Shown: positions 41,019 to 50,797 of the stretch, piece by piece
How positions within the stretch are numbered: the first letter of the stretch is position 1
Layout: the number at the start of each line of letters is the position of its first letter
Sequence record: NC_070882.1
Strand: one strand, 5' to 3'
Length of the DNA stretch: 64,000 nucleotides
The notes under the pieces: generated by a model
The model's database searches: none
The model's input: only the letters and a program-made list of their open reading frames with translations
Told to the model about the DNA's origin: nothing
Position numbers and translations under genes: made by a program

Positions 41019-41026
41019 TATATAAC
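41019..41026 (+). promoter_or_regulatory. Early-type promoter of chmA
   Basis: AAAAAAAATCTGAGATCTATATAAC; a second variant TATATTGC at 40991. Confidence 0.65.
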
Positions 41027-41095
41027 AGTTTTGAATCCAATACACTGTTGGATCTCATTCTTGATCAAGAAACGTTACAAACATAGGAACAAATC

Positions 41096-42961
41096 ATGAT
41101 TCGTGATACCGAAACTCAAAACACTCAAGCTCAAGCCAACAACGCTCCGGCTCAAGCTACTCCGCGCGCACAACAGGAAGCTCCTCGTATGCAACAAGCT
41201 GCACCTCAAGCTCTGCAAGGCGGTATTTCCGGCCTGCCGAACATGTTCAAACGTTCCGGTCGTACTGATGGCGGCGACGCCCGTGCGAGCGAAGCGCTGC
41301 AAGTAATGACCCGCGTTGGCAAAGATGCCATCGACCATCAAGACCTGGAAAACGATTTCCAGATTCTGCGTTTCGACCGTGATGCCAACCGTGTTGGCTA
41401 CTCCGCGCTGCTGATCGTCAAGCACGCTGCTGGTGGTAACGGTATCATCGTAGTTCGTCCGCTGATCATGCCGAACCCGGCAATCACCCTGCCTCCGCGT
41501 CAGGTTACCATTCAGAACGGCATGAGCCACGATCGCTTCGATGTAGACGTCGAAGTACAAGACGTATTCACCGTTCAGTACTGGAACCGCATCTGCGAAT
41601 TCGTTCGTCAGACCACCGGTCGTCCGAAGGCTGAAGTACACCCGGCTGGCCCGCTGCCGATCCCGGCTGAATTCGATCTGAAAGACGAAGTCCTGCTGAA
41701 AGACATTCTGATCCGTTCCGTCAACCTGTGTGACGACGTTCTGGCTAAGAAAGCTGGCGAGACTCCGTTCCAGATCGCAATGCTGCGCGGCCAAGATGAA
41801 ACCCTGGCTGCCAAGATGGACTTCTCCGGTCGTCCGGTAATGGACAGCGTCGGTAACCCGATCAAGTCCGATATCGTGATCAGCCTGAACCGTACCAAGA
41901 AACAAGGTCAACAAGAGAACGAGTTCTACGAAGCAGACACCATGCTGAACCAGGTGTCGGTACAAGTAACCCTGGAGTACACCCCCACTCCGCAAGCCCA
42001 GATGTTCGGTCAACAGACCCAACCGCTGCCGCCGTTCTCCCCGGCGATCCTGGTAACCGACATTCGTCAGGCCAACTGGATCAAGGCAAACACTCTGGAA
42101 CTGTACCTCTTCGCTCTGTCGAACGCCTTCCGCGTAACCGCTGGCCAGGCTTGGGCTCGTAAGTTCCTGCCTCAAGTTGGTAAAGTTAAAGACCTGGGTG
42201 ACATCGGTGCTCTGGGTTGGCTGTCCAACCTGGGTAAGAAGATCGATACCAAGTCCGATACCTTCACCGATCAGAACTTCGCTGATCTGATGCTGAGCAT
42301 GGTTCGTCCGAACCCGTCCTTCCTGATCGATCTGGATCGCATGGGCGACAACGCAGCACTGGACGTAATCTTCCTGGATGCCATGGGTGGCCCGAACCAA
42401 CAGAAAGCTACTGCCGCGATCATTCGCGCTGTACAGAACCTGGTTGGTGGTGGCTTCGAGCGCTTCTTCGACTTCAACACTCAGCCGATCATTGCATCGA
42501 CTGGCACTGAAGTGAACAAGGGCTACTACTGGGATGGCGACGAGAAACGTGACCGTCGTGACCTGGATGCACTGGGTGCACTGAACGCTGCTGAGGGCAA
42601 CCAACAAGAGTGGATGTCCTGGTACGGTACTCAATGCAACCCGAACATCCATCCGGAACTGCGTAACAAGCAATCCAAGAACTACGACCGTGCGTTCCTG
42701 GGTGCTGTAACCTACACCACTCGTGCACATCGTGGTATCTTCAACCCGAAGTTCATCGAGGGTCTGGATAAGGCGATTGCTGCTGCTGGTCTGACTGTAG
42801 CAATGGACAACGTTGCACAGGTCTTCGGTGCTCAGCGCTTCGTTGGCAACACCATGATCCAAGACTTCGCTGTCGGTTCTACCGCACAGGTTGTCAACGG
42901 CATGGGCGTTGGTGGCGGCTACCAGATGAACATGGTAGGTTCGGTTGGTACTCTGTACTAA
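41096..42961 (+). CDS. chmA: Chimallin, major phage-nucleus shell protein
   Basis: 621 aa with a disordered Gln-rich N-terminus; FKRSGR, RFDRD, YYWDGDEKRDRRDLD motifs; immediately upstream of nvRNAP beta'; strong codon bias. Confidence 0.95.
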   Translation: MIRDTETQNTQAQANNAPAQATPRAQQEAPRMQQAAPQALQGGISGLPNMFKRSGRTDGGDARASEALQVMTRVGKDAIDHQDLENDFQILRFDRDANRVGYSALLIVKHAAGGNGIIVVRPLIMPNPAITLPPRQVTIQNGMSHDRFDVDVEVQDVFTVQYWNRICEFVRQTTGRPKAEVHPAGPLPIPAEFDLKDEVLLKDILIRSVNLCDDVLAKKAGETPFQIAMLRGQDETLAAKMDFSGRPVMDSVGNPIKSDIVISLNRTKKQGQQENEFYEADTMLNQVSVQVTLEYTPTPQAQMFGQQTQPLPPFSPAILVTDIRQANWIKANTLELYLFALSNAFRVTAGQAWARKFLPQVGKVKDLGDIGALGWLSNLGKKIDTKSDTFTDQNFADLMLSMVRPNPSFLIDLDRMGDNAALDVIFLDAMGGPNQQKATAAIIRAVQNLVGGGFERFFDFNTQPIIASTGTEVNKGYYWDGDEKRDRRDLDALGALNAAEGNQQEWMSWYGTQCNPNIHPELRNKQSKNYDRAFLGAVTYTTRAHRGIFNPKFIEGLDKAIAAAGLTVAMDNVAQVFGAQRFVGNTMIQDFAVGSTAQVVNGMGVGGGYQMNMVGSVGTLY

Positions 42962-43328
42962 GAAACAACTCCCCCGGTTGATAGGGGTGTCAGAAGGCTG
43001 GCATCCCGATTCAAATACTGCGACCCTGGTTCACTTCGGTGATAACGGTTAGGAGTAGGTTCCGCGAAGTAATCGACTAGTGGGCGTAAAGTCTAGGTCG
43101 ACCTCTCGCTACACGGGTCGTGAGTGATCACTTAACCGAAAGGAGTTACTCTTGGGTAACGTGTGATCAAACAACGATGGATGGTAAAAGGTCCTAGTGC
43201 CAGAGTGCTACAGAGAAGAGCGGAGGTTAAGCTTTGTAGACGACGCTAGATCGTGCCAGGCTCCGTTGGTGGTCCATCGATAGTAGATAAGGCGGCTCCT
43301 TCGGGAGCCGCTTCTATCTCCTTTTTTT
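42962..43328 (+). ncRNA. Candidate structured ncRNA or 3'-UTR RNA domain downstream of chmA
   Basis: No ORF. At least seven nested helices, cUUCGg and GAAA tetraloops, ending in a terminator. Confidence 0.6.
43290..43328 (+). terminator. Intrinsic terminator after chmA and the candidate ncRNA
   Basis: GCGGCTCC-ttcg-GGAGCCGC, then T7. Confidence 0.85.
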
Positions 43329-43352
43329 GTCGAGACATAATAGGAAGTAGGT

Positions 43353-44612
43353 ATGGGTCTATATGCTCAGGTTGTCAATCATGACGAGATGCTCGCTAAC
43401 CAAAGAGGTAAAGTAGTATTCGCTAACGACTTTAATACCAGCAATGCTGAACAAAAGGAGGAATTCCAACGTTATCTGTTCTCCCATTATCAGGATGCAG
43501 ATGCGATCGAGAACTCAGCTTCGTGTGACTGTGAGCATATCACAGAAGCATACAAGCTTGGGGTAATCTGCGATAACTGCGGTACACCAGTAGTAAGCAC
43601 GAGCAACCGACCCATCGTCCCATCGATGTGGATTCGGGCACCGGAAGGGGTGGATCGTCTGGTGAGTCCCGAGTTGTGGATTATGCTTTCAGGTTATATG
43701 TCGATGAAAGAATTCGACTTCCTGGAGTATCTGACCAACACCCAGTATCAGTACGATTACGATACGATCAGTTCGAAGGAAACAAAACGGAAACTTGACA
43801 AGTTACTGGCTCGCCAGTTCCCGCGTGGACTGAACAACTTCGTTCAGAACTTCGATACGATCTTCCAGTTCTTGCTCGATAGCAGTATCATCAATACCAA
43901 CAAAGGTGAGATGGCTGCATTCGTTAACCAGAATAAAGAACATCTGTTCCCGAAGAACATTCCGATCCCAACTAAACTCTGCTTCGTTGTAGAGTCTACG
44001 ACCTCGGGTGTTTACATCGATAAGCCGATCGGCGCAGCAATCGATGCGGTACTGACTATTAGTAGTATCGGTAGTTCGGCAATTCCGCTGAAACCAATCA
44101 CTGTACAAAACCGTGTAGCTCGTGCACTGAAGCTTCTAGCTATCTTCCACGAGAACTACGACAAACAACGAATTGCACAGAAACCCGGTTTGGTTCGTCG
44201 ACATGTACTAGGTGGTCGTCTTAACCTGACTGCACGTGCAGTAATTACTTCTATCAGTGATCCGCATGATTACGATGAACTTCACATTCCGTGGGGTGTC
44301 GGTTGTCAGCTGTTGAAGTATCATCTGATCAACAAGCTCAAACGCAAATTCCGTATGACGACTCGCCAAGCGAACTCGTTCATTTACGAGAACGTTCTGA
44401 AGTACAACGAAGTCATCGATCAACTGTTCAAAGAGATCATCGCGGAATCGAAGTATAAGGGTCTTCCTTGTGTATTCCACCGCAACCCGACTCTGCAACG
44501 TGGTTCGACTCAACAGTTCTTCATCACCGTTATCAAGAATGACATTCGCGATAACTCGATCAGCATGTCGGTCCTCTGTCTTAAAGCTCCTAATGCGGAT
44601 TTCGACGGAGAT
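43353..44612 (+). CDS. nvRNAP beta' N-terminal/catalytic subunit, exon 1 (phiKZ gp55-like)
   Basis: Zn-finger CDC...CDNC, RAVI, HRNPTL and catalytic PNADFDGD ending at 44612. Confidence 0.93.
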
Positions 44613-44974
44613 TTTAATTGGTCTCCTAACCTTCTTAATTGCTGGAACCTCCTTAGAGCCTAACTACCAAAGCGGGGTCCGAAAGGACGAACGTAACGGT
44701 TTGAAAAGTGTTAGGATTGGACAATCAGCAGCGAAGCTTCTACATATTACCGTGAGGTAAGATATGAAGAACGTTCAACGACTATCGAAACCGCTGCGAA
44801 AGCAGATAAGGGAGTAGAGTAGGATCAAGTGATCCGAAATAGAAGGCTTCCCCATAGGGAAGAAGATATAGTCTCACCATCTAGTGAAAGCTAGAGCAGT
44901 TACTTAATGTCGAGAGATATTAAGTGGACGGTACAGCTGCGACATGTCGCTAACGAAGCTGTACGAAGAATGTG
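44613..44974 (+). mobile_element. Group I self-splicing intron, 362 nt, no endonuclease ORF
   Basis: P1 GGAGAU/GUCUCC with a U.G pair at the splice site; P AAUUGCUGGAA (44637), Q AAUCAGCAG (44723), R GUUCAACGACUAU (44773), S AAGAUAUAGUCU (44863); terminal G44974. Splicing restores ...DFDGD|QLNLTL in frame. Confidence 0.93.
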
Positions 44975-45181
44975 CAACTTAACTTAACGTTGATGCCCGA
45001 TAACTATCTGGCTGATGCAACTGAACGAATCGCTCCGCATACTTGGGTACTGAGTCCTGATGATCCGCATGAGATCTCGGGTAACTTGGAACTACAAGGT
45101 CCGGTAGTAGAGACCATCATCAACTATGCTCACGAGGACTATCTTCCGTCCTTGGAAGAATGGTTGGCGAAAGCAGCTTAA
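44975..45181 (+). CDS. nvRNAP beta' subunit, exon 2
   Basis: QLNLTLMPD continues the DFDGD motif; spliced product 488 aa. Confidence 0.9.
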   Translation, partial: QLNLTLMPDNYLADATERIAPHTWVLSPDDPHEISGNLELQGPVVETIINYAHEDYLPSLEEWLAKAA

Positions 45182-45201
45182 CGATCCAAGAGGAGTAATC
45201 C

Positions 45202-45816
45202 ATGTTACAACAGGCATACGGCGTCGATCTGATGGACATCGTCGCTGGTGGCCATCTGGATCAAAATACCACGAACTGGTTGGGTGAACGTTCTCAGACA
45301 CTTCGTAGTAACCTGAGTTCGATGGCAACTTCGTTCTTCGATCAAGCACAAAATCTTTACCAGATGATCAGTACCAGCACAGCGGTACAGGCGATGCGGA
45401 ACATTGTTGCTAAAACGGATAACAGTTGGATGTCTAACAACATTCATGGACTGTACACGTTAGAGCAATTGCAAACCGCAAATCCGATCATGCAACGATA
45501 CATCATGGCACAAGAACGCCTGCGTGGTATGTATCTGAACAACATGGTTGAAGGTTATGCTGATTCGTATGTAAACCATCATGGTGATCGTGTTGGCGAA
45601 CGCCATTACGATTATCGTCGTGTGATGGACGAAGTACTGGTTGTCAATGATGACCACACCGTAGTCAAGCAGTTCTACGAAGAAATCCCAGAAGGTGATA
45701 AAGAGCTTTCTCTCTACGAGAAGGTTGATATTCTCCGTTCATGGAATCTTGTGAATGTTGCTCTAGATGAAAACGAAATGGATCCAACCAGTCCTGTAGG
45801 GAACTTGTTGGGTTAA
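45202..45816 (+). CDS. Conserved core protein of nucleus-forming phages
   Basis: GAGGAG RBS; 204 aa; synteny after beta'. Confidence 0.75.
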   Translation: MLQQAYGVDLMDIVAGGHLDQNTTNWLGERSQTLRSNLSSMATSFFDQAQNLYQMISTSTAVQAMRNIVAKTDNSWMSNNIHGLYTLEQLQTANPIMQRYIMAQERLRGMYLNNMVEGYADSYVNHHGDRVGERHYDYRRVMDEVLVVNDDHTVVKQFYEEIPEGDKELSLYEKVDILRSWNLVNVALDENEMDPTSPVGNLLG

Positions 45817-45819
45817 CAA

Positions 45820-45851
45820 CATAAACGGAGTCCCTTAGGGGACTCCTTTAT
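45820..45851 (+). terminator. Terminator hairpin
   Basis: CATAAACGGAGTCCC-ttag-GGGACTCCTTTAT. Confidence 0.75.
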
Positions 45852-45874
45852 AACGAGGATATAAGGAATTTAGT

Positions 45875-46297
45875 ATGATCGAACCGGTGTCGTTTAAGGC
45901 CGATCCTAATAAAGCACGTCGCCCTATTCTCGATAGTTACGCTCAAAAAATACAAGCTCAAAAAGGGCGTATGAATGTAGTAACTTACTGTGCCAATAAC
46001 CCCGATAAGATGGTTAAGATACATCGCGACGGTAATAAATGGTATTGTTGTATTGAACGTGATGGCGTCGAAGTAATTGACAAAAATGAAATAATTGTCA
46101 TGGGTCCCCCTGGATTCCCAGATACGATTCAACTACAGATTTCCAATGACCCTAATGATAAAGTACATTTCGTGGAAATTCATGATGGTCGTATTTGGGA
46201 AGCAATCAACGCTATCGGTGGCGGCTATACCCGAAAAAGGATTGAGTTGCCATTCGGACATCCTTTCTTAGACTTCCTTTTCGTGGAGTCCGATTGA
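45875..46297 (+). CDS. Hypothetical protein
   Basis: AAGGA RBS; 140 aa. Confidence 0.7.
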   Translation: MIEPVSFKADPNKARRPILDSYAQKIQAQKGRMNVVTYCANNPDKMVKIHRDGNKWYCCIERDGVEVIDKNEIIVMGPPGFPDTIQLQISNDPNDKVHFVEIHDGRIWEAINAIGGGYTRKRIELPFGHPFLDFLFVESD

Positions 46298-46364
46298 GTC
46301 CAATGATGTAGTTAGCGGAGTCTTAGGACTCCGCATACTTTCCTATTATTTTTTTGGAGTTGCC

Positions 46365-46769
46365 ATGACAGTCTCTCTCCCAACACTAGGTACTGATGGT
46401 TGGATTACCTCAATGGAATCCAAAGCAGACTACATCATCTCTACTTTCCTTACAACAAATAGGTCCATGTCAACGTTACATAGGACACAAAATACTTCGC
46501 TTCAATATCTACTGAAGGAATATGCTAACGATATCCTTAATCTGGAAATTCAGCTTCGTGATGTACTAACAAATAAACTACGAACCGTGTTTGGTGAATC
46601 AGCTCAGGCTTTGGTTAGTATTGTTCCAGCGAGTCCAGATAATCCGGATGCATTCTCCATTCAGTTTACAGGTATAGTCACTGATGGTACTAAAGAGTAT
46701 ACAGTGGGTAAACTGGTTCAATTCCAAAATTCACACATTGTGAATATTGCTAATATCAACAACGGGTAA
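46365..46769 (+). CDS. Conserved core hypothetical protein
   Basis: GGAG RBS; 134 aa; LPTLGTDGW start recalled from phiKZ-like genomes. Confidence 0.7.
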   Translation: MTVSLPTLGTDGWITSMESKADYIISTFLTTNRSMSTLHRTQNTSLQYLLKEYANDILNLEIQLRDVLTNKLRTVFGESAQALVSIVPASPDNPDAFSIQFTGIVTDGTKEYTVGKLVQFQNSHIVNIANINNG

Positions 46770-46773
46770 ATAT

Positions 46774-47364
46774 ATGTCGAATCTTGATTCTCAAATGGAA
46801 GAAGCACAGGTACTGGTCGATGGGGAATCAGATGTTAAATCTGCTCCTGACCTTAATGAAACAGATGCACTCATTCAACGAGTGGAACATCTTAATCGCA
46901 CGGTAGAACGGCTGAGCGAAAGGCTTCATGTTTCTGAAAAGGCTATTAAACAAATTTTGGAAGCACTGACCCAATCGGAAGATCTACATGAACTTCGTGT
47001 CATTAAGATTCTCTCTAGTTTCTTTGGTGGGTTGAATAATAGCCTTCATGAAAGTCTTGAGCATATGACTCAAGAAGTATCCACACGTCGTTATGGTTTT
47101 ACTATTGAAGTTGTTGATGGTGTTAACGTAACGGCACACGAGAATAGTGTAATTGCAACCAAACGAGAAGATGGTGGTATTGATTTCGCATCTATTAATA
47201 CCCCCGATCAAATCCAAAACCATGGAACCGAACCATTCGTTCAATACCTGAAGCAACATGATGAACTGTTTGAAGGTCAGAATGCAATCGTCATTAATAT
47301 CCTTGCTTCTAAAGATGCACTTGAAAAAGTACAAGGAGAATTGAATGAGCCAGTATCAAACTGA
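46774..47364 (+). CDS. Hypothetical protein, N-terminal coiled coil
   Basis: ATG 46774; heptad-like LIQRVEHLNRTVERLSERL. Confidence 0.7.
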   Translation: MSNLDSQMEEAQVLVDGESDVKSAPDLNETDALIQRVEHLNRTVERLSERLHVSEKAIKQILEALTQSEDLHELRVIKILSSFFGGLNNSLHESLEHMTQEVSTRRYGFTIEVVDGVNVTAHENSVIATKREDGGIDFASINTPDQIQNHGTEPFVQYLKQHDELFEGQNAIVINILASKDALEKVQGELNEPVSN

Positions 47365-47956
47365 TACAGCTGAAGAAATCCGCGCACGTCATGTAACGCG
47401 TGGAATCGATGATTGTCTGAATACAATCATCGCAAACGACGAGATGCAGTTGCCCATTATCCTGGAAGACAGGTTTGTGAAAGAGGTCTTACCCCTACTA
47501 GTAAGACCATGGGATACTGATAACTTAACCCGTTATCGGAAATACGTACTAGAATTGACAAATCCTCTGCGTGTAGCTTCTAATGAAGCAGAGCCGAAGA
47601 TTCTTTTTACTGTACCAGCTTTGTATCCCAGGCCAGCTACCTCATGGGCAGCCGATGCTACAACTGCATCTATTTCACATGTAGTAGATTACATTGCTAT
47701 TGAACGTGAACGGTCTCTGCAAGATCTTGAACCGTATATCACGGAGTTCTTAAGTAGTGTATCTATTACTACAACCGTGGACAAAAGTGTTCTCATTCCT
47801 TTAGCTAACATCCTGGCGATGTACAACCGCACTTTCGAAGATGAAAGTGGGAATCCATTGTACACCCTCGCCGGGGGTGTTCCCGTTAAAGGGTCTAATG
47901 GTAGTGTACGTCAACAGGCTGATACAAGCTCATTTGACGACGATTATGAAGACTGA
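47345..47956 (+). CDS. Conserved core hypothetical protein
   Basis: AGGAG RBS; 203 aa; precedes sbcD as in phiKZ. Confidence 0.75.
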   Translation: MSQYQTDTAEEIRARHVTRGIDDCLNTIIANDEMQLPIILEDRFVKEVLPLLVRPWDTDNLTRYRKYVLELTNPLRVASNEAEPKILFTVPALYPRPATSWAADATTASISHVVDYIAIERERSLQDLEPYITEFLSSVSITTTVDKSVLIPLANILAMYNRTFEDESGNPLYTLAGGVPVKGSNGSVRQQADTSSFDDDYED

Positions 47957-49091
47957 TAAAACAAAGTTCCCCGGTACATTTCGATATATAAGCCTAGGTG
48001 ATATTCACCTAGGTCATCGGACAACTCCTACCTCTCATATTCTGTTAAACTTAGATAAAGTTATTACAGATAAGATGTTAAAGGAACTCGATATGGTCAT
48101 TATTACTGGTGACCTATTCGACCGACAGCTTAACTACGGTGATGAATCTGTACACCAGATAAACCGTTGGGCAACAACGTTCATGATGCGCTGCGCTGCA
48201 AATAACGTGATGCTCAGAATAGTTGAAGGTACACCTAGCCATGATAGGGAACAAACCCAGTTCTTTGTAGAGCAAAAAGTAAACGTAAATATTCCAGTCG
48301 ATCTCCATTACTCTAAGACACTGTCAATTGAGTATATTGAGAAGCTCGATGCACATTTTCTTTATGTCCCAGATAAATGGCATCCATCAACAGCTGTTAC
48401 TTTATCGCAGGTAAAAGAACAGATGGCTTCACTGGGCATAGAGAAGGTTGACTTTGCTATTATGCATGGTGCATTTAGTTATCAGCTACCTTCCATTGTA
48501 GAAGAACCAACTCACGATGAAGAAGAATACTTAGCTTTAGTAAAACATCAGATCTTGATTGGTCATGTCCACAACATGACTATTAATGATAGAATTTACG
48601 CAGCTGGTTCTTTCGATCGAATCTGTCATGGCGATGAGATCGATAAAGGGTTGTTTCATTTTATCGTTCGTGAGGATGGTAATTTCACGGCGACATTTAT
48701 AAAGAACAAAAATGCTAAGAAGTATGTTACTTTAGAAGTTCACGGTTATGATACTAAACAACTTCTTAATAAAGTAAAAGAAACCTTAGCAGAACTACCC
48801 AAGTATTCTGCTATACGACTGCGTTGTGACCCAATGGACGTAGCTAACGGCGATATCGAAACATTTCGAGTTGAGTATCCTAACTACGAATGGTCTGTCT
48901 TGGTGGAAAAAGCTACTAAGAAAAAGAATAGTGTAGCGACAAGTCTAAAAGAATTTGACATGTCTAAGTTTATCGCTATTACACCAGAGACAATTAGTGA
49001 TCTTCTTAAAGAAGAGATTTCAAAAGTCACTGATGATCAGACCATACAAGTCCGTTGTCTTGAAAGGTTGACACAGTTCGTTAGGAATTAA
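47946..49091 (+). CDS. sbcD: SbcD/Mre11-family nuclease (phiKZ gp65-like)
   Basis: Metallophosphoesterase motifs GDIHLG, TGDLFD, EGTPSHD, MHG, GHVH; start moved to 47946. Confidence 0.9.
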   Translation: MKTDKTKFPGTFRYISLGDIHLGHRTTPTSHILLNLDKVITDKMLKELDMVIITGDLFDRQLNYGDESVHQINRWATTFMMRCAANNVMLRIVEGTPSHDREQTQFFVEQKVNVNIPVDLHYSKTLSIEYIEKLDAHFLYVPDKWHPSTAVTLSQVKEQMASLGIEKVDFAIMHGAFSYQLPSIVEEPTHDEEEYLALVKHQILIGHVHNMTINDRIYAAGSFDRICHGDEIDKGLFHFIVREDGNFTATFIKNKNAKKYVTLEVHGYDTKQLLNKVKETLAELPKYSAIRLRCDPMDVANGDIETFRVEYPNYEWSVLVEKATKKKNSVATSLKEFDMSKFIAITPETISDLLKEEISKVTDDQTIQVRCLERLTQFVRN

Positions 49092-49093
49092 AT

Positions 49094-49921
49094 ATGGAAC
49101 TCATTGAAAGAGATGTCGGACAGCTTCCAGTTAGTATCGGTACTTCTCTTGCCTTTGAGGGATTCTTAGGAATTCACCCGAATCAACCTAAGCATCCGAT
49201 TGACGTTAAATCGGTAAAAGAGATATGGGTCAATCTTCGAACATTGGCCCGTAATCTCAATTCAGCTGTAGCTACGGATAAAGTCCATGGCATTAATCCA
49301 GCTGATGCTGTTACAATCCTAATGCAGGAAATACAGACAATTCCGGTTGCACTGGGGCAACATGGATCGAAAGTCAAGGTGCGTTGGTATATCGCATCTA
49401 AAGACGCGGTCAAGTGGGAATACCCCAAGGCTATTTATAAAGAAGCCAAAACGCCAAAACAAATGGCATATGAAGTATACGAACGTTACGCGGCAATTGA
49501 ACTTCTGCATCAAATGAAAGATGCAGGAATAGAAGTGATGGAGATCAATAAAGCTCCAGTAAGGACCCAAGGTACGATCGCTTTGGTTACCCATTTTCCA
49601 CATGAGCTATTGTGGAAACAATATTTCGATCGTCTTCTTTTGTTGGAATCCCACACTGGGAAAATAAAACCGTACAACTTGTGGTACACCAAGCTTAACG
49701 GCATAAAAGAGGATACGCCCATCCCATTCACTAAATTCACTCTACAAGTGTTTGGCGATAGCGTTGTTTTCGATGCACAACCAAAAGCTATTAAGGCCCA
49801 ACTGAAACAGTTAGCTGCTTCGAGACGTTGGTCGCCTGTAACTACACAAGACAAAATCTATCATGACATTACAACTCATGGCAGTAAAGAACTTAAAGAA
49901 TGTTACGCGCTATTACGCTGA
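49094..49921 (+). CDS. Conserved core protein (phiKZ gp66-like)
   Basis: 275 aa; synteny between sbcD and chmC. Confidence 0.7.
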   Translation: MELIERDVGQLPVSIGTSLAFEGFLGIHPNQPKHPIDVKSVKEIWVNLRTLARNLNSAVATDKVHGINPADAVTILMQEIQTIPVALGQHGSKVKVRWYIASKDAVKWEYPKAIYKEAKTPKQMAYEVYERYAAIELLHQMKDAGIEVMEINKAPVRTQGTIALVTHFPHELLWKQYFDRLLLLESHTGKIKPYNLWYTKLNGIKEDTPIPFTKFTLQVFGDSVVFDAQPKAIKAQLKQLAASRRWSPVTTQDKIYHDITTHGSKELKECYALLR

Positions 49922-50006
49922 TTAGAAAGAATACTCTTCATCGATATAGTACGTAGAAACACTTTCGCGAAGTGTAAAAAATTAATCCAATTGGAGCTAA
50001 CACATC

Positions 50007-50753
50007 ATGTCTCAACAATCCCAAGGCCCTGCCCTCTCTCCGTTCTCTGTAATGTCCACTTGGCTACATGCTGATCCGGTAGAAGGTTCTCAGAAACGTC
50101 CTAACCTGCGTTTCGGTGTCTTTGGTAACGTACCTCGCCTGACCGTACGTACTAACGTTCAAGGTGATCTGAATAACGGTAAGATTGAATTCAAAACTGA
50201 CCTGGCTACTTTTGCAGCTGCAATGAAGTATGCACGGGATCTTGTCGATGGTAAAGATGTTCCTCAAGAACGTAAGTTTGTTCACCAAGATGACTTTGTT
50301 GGCGGTAAAAAGATCGATAAGATCATTCCGATCACCACACTGGTAATCGGCCGCGAACAGAACTCTGGTCGTATTTACATTGCTCTTATCTCTTCTCAGC
50401 AACAGCGCCCGCGTATTCGGTTCTTCTTCGGTCCGTCGAAATATCACACCATCCTGAATGGTGATGGTTCTCCCATCTCTCCGAAAGAGATGTCCGAAGC
50501 TTACGCTACCGGTTTCCTGGAACCGGCCACTGCAATCATTTACCAGATGATGGTAAGCAGTTTTGACCAGAACGCTAAGAACGTAGCCAACCCAGCTAAC
50601 TTTGGTAACGGTGGCGGCGGTGGTCAACGTCAAGGTGGCTATAATGGCGGCAACCGTGGTGGTAATAGCGGTGGTGCTCCTCAAGGTTACAATCGTCCGT
50701 CCTCCGGTGGTTTCCAGGACAATGGCTTTGACGATTCCATTCCTGACTTCTAA
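50007..50753 (+). CDS. chmC: ChmC-like nucleic-acid-binding protein (phiKZ gp67-like)
   Basis: Directly before the gp68-like and PicA genes; folded domain plus a Gly/Asn/Arg-rich tail ending DDSIPDF. Confidence 0.72.
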   Translation: MSQQSQGPALSPFSVMSTWLHADPVEGSQKRPNLRFGVFGNVPRLTVRTNVQGDLNNGKIEFKTDLATFAAAMKYARDLVDGKDVPQERKFVHQDDFVGGKKIDKIIPITTLVIGREQNSGRIYIALISSQQQRPRIRFFFGPSKYHTILNGDGSPISPKEMSEAYATGFLEPATAIIYQMMVSSFDQNAKNVANPANFGNGGGGGQRQGGYNGGNRGGNSGGAPQGYNRPSSGGFQDNGFDDSIPDF

Positions 50754-50760
50754 ATAAATC

Positions 50761-50797
50761 TACAGCATCTCTTTGGTAAACACCGAGAGATGCTGTA
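50761..50797 (+). terminator. Long terminator-like hairpin
   Basis: 12-bp TACAGCATCTCT/AGAGATGCTGTA stem. Confidence 0.65.

Noticed and set aside
41075-42862. 595-aa antisense ORF over chmA
   Set aside because: Shadow frame produced by chmA codon bias; no RBS or promoter and no protein motifs.
43183-43264. RNase P-like words (AAAAGGUCC, AGUGCUACAGAGA, CUAGAU, AGGCU) in the chmA 3' RNA
   Set aside because: No GAGGAAAGUCC or ACAGAA conserved regions, and CUACAGAG pairs fully with CUUUGUAG as a plain stem. Only an Infernal hit would revive this.
44470-44760. 96-aa ORF overlapping the intron as a possible homing endonuclease
   Set aside because: Starts out of frame inside exon 1 and has no HNH, GIY-YIG or LAGLIDADG motif.
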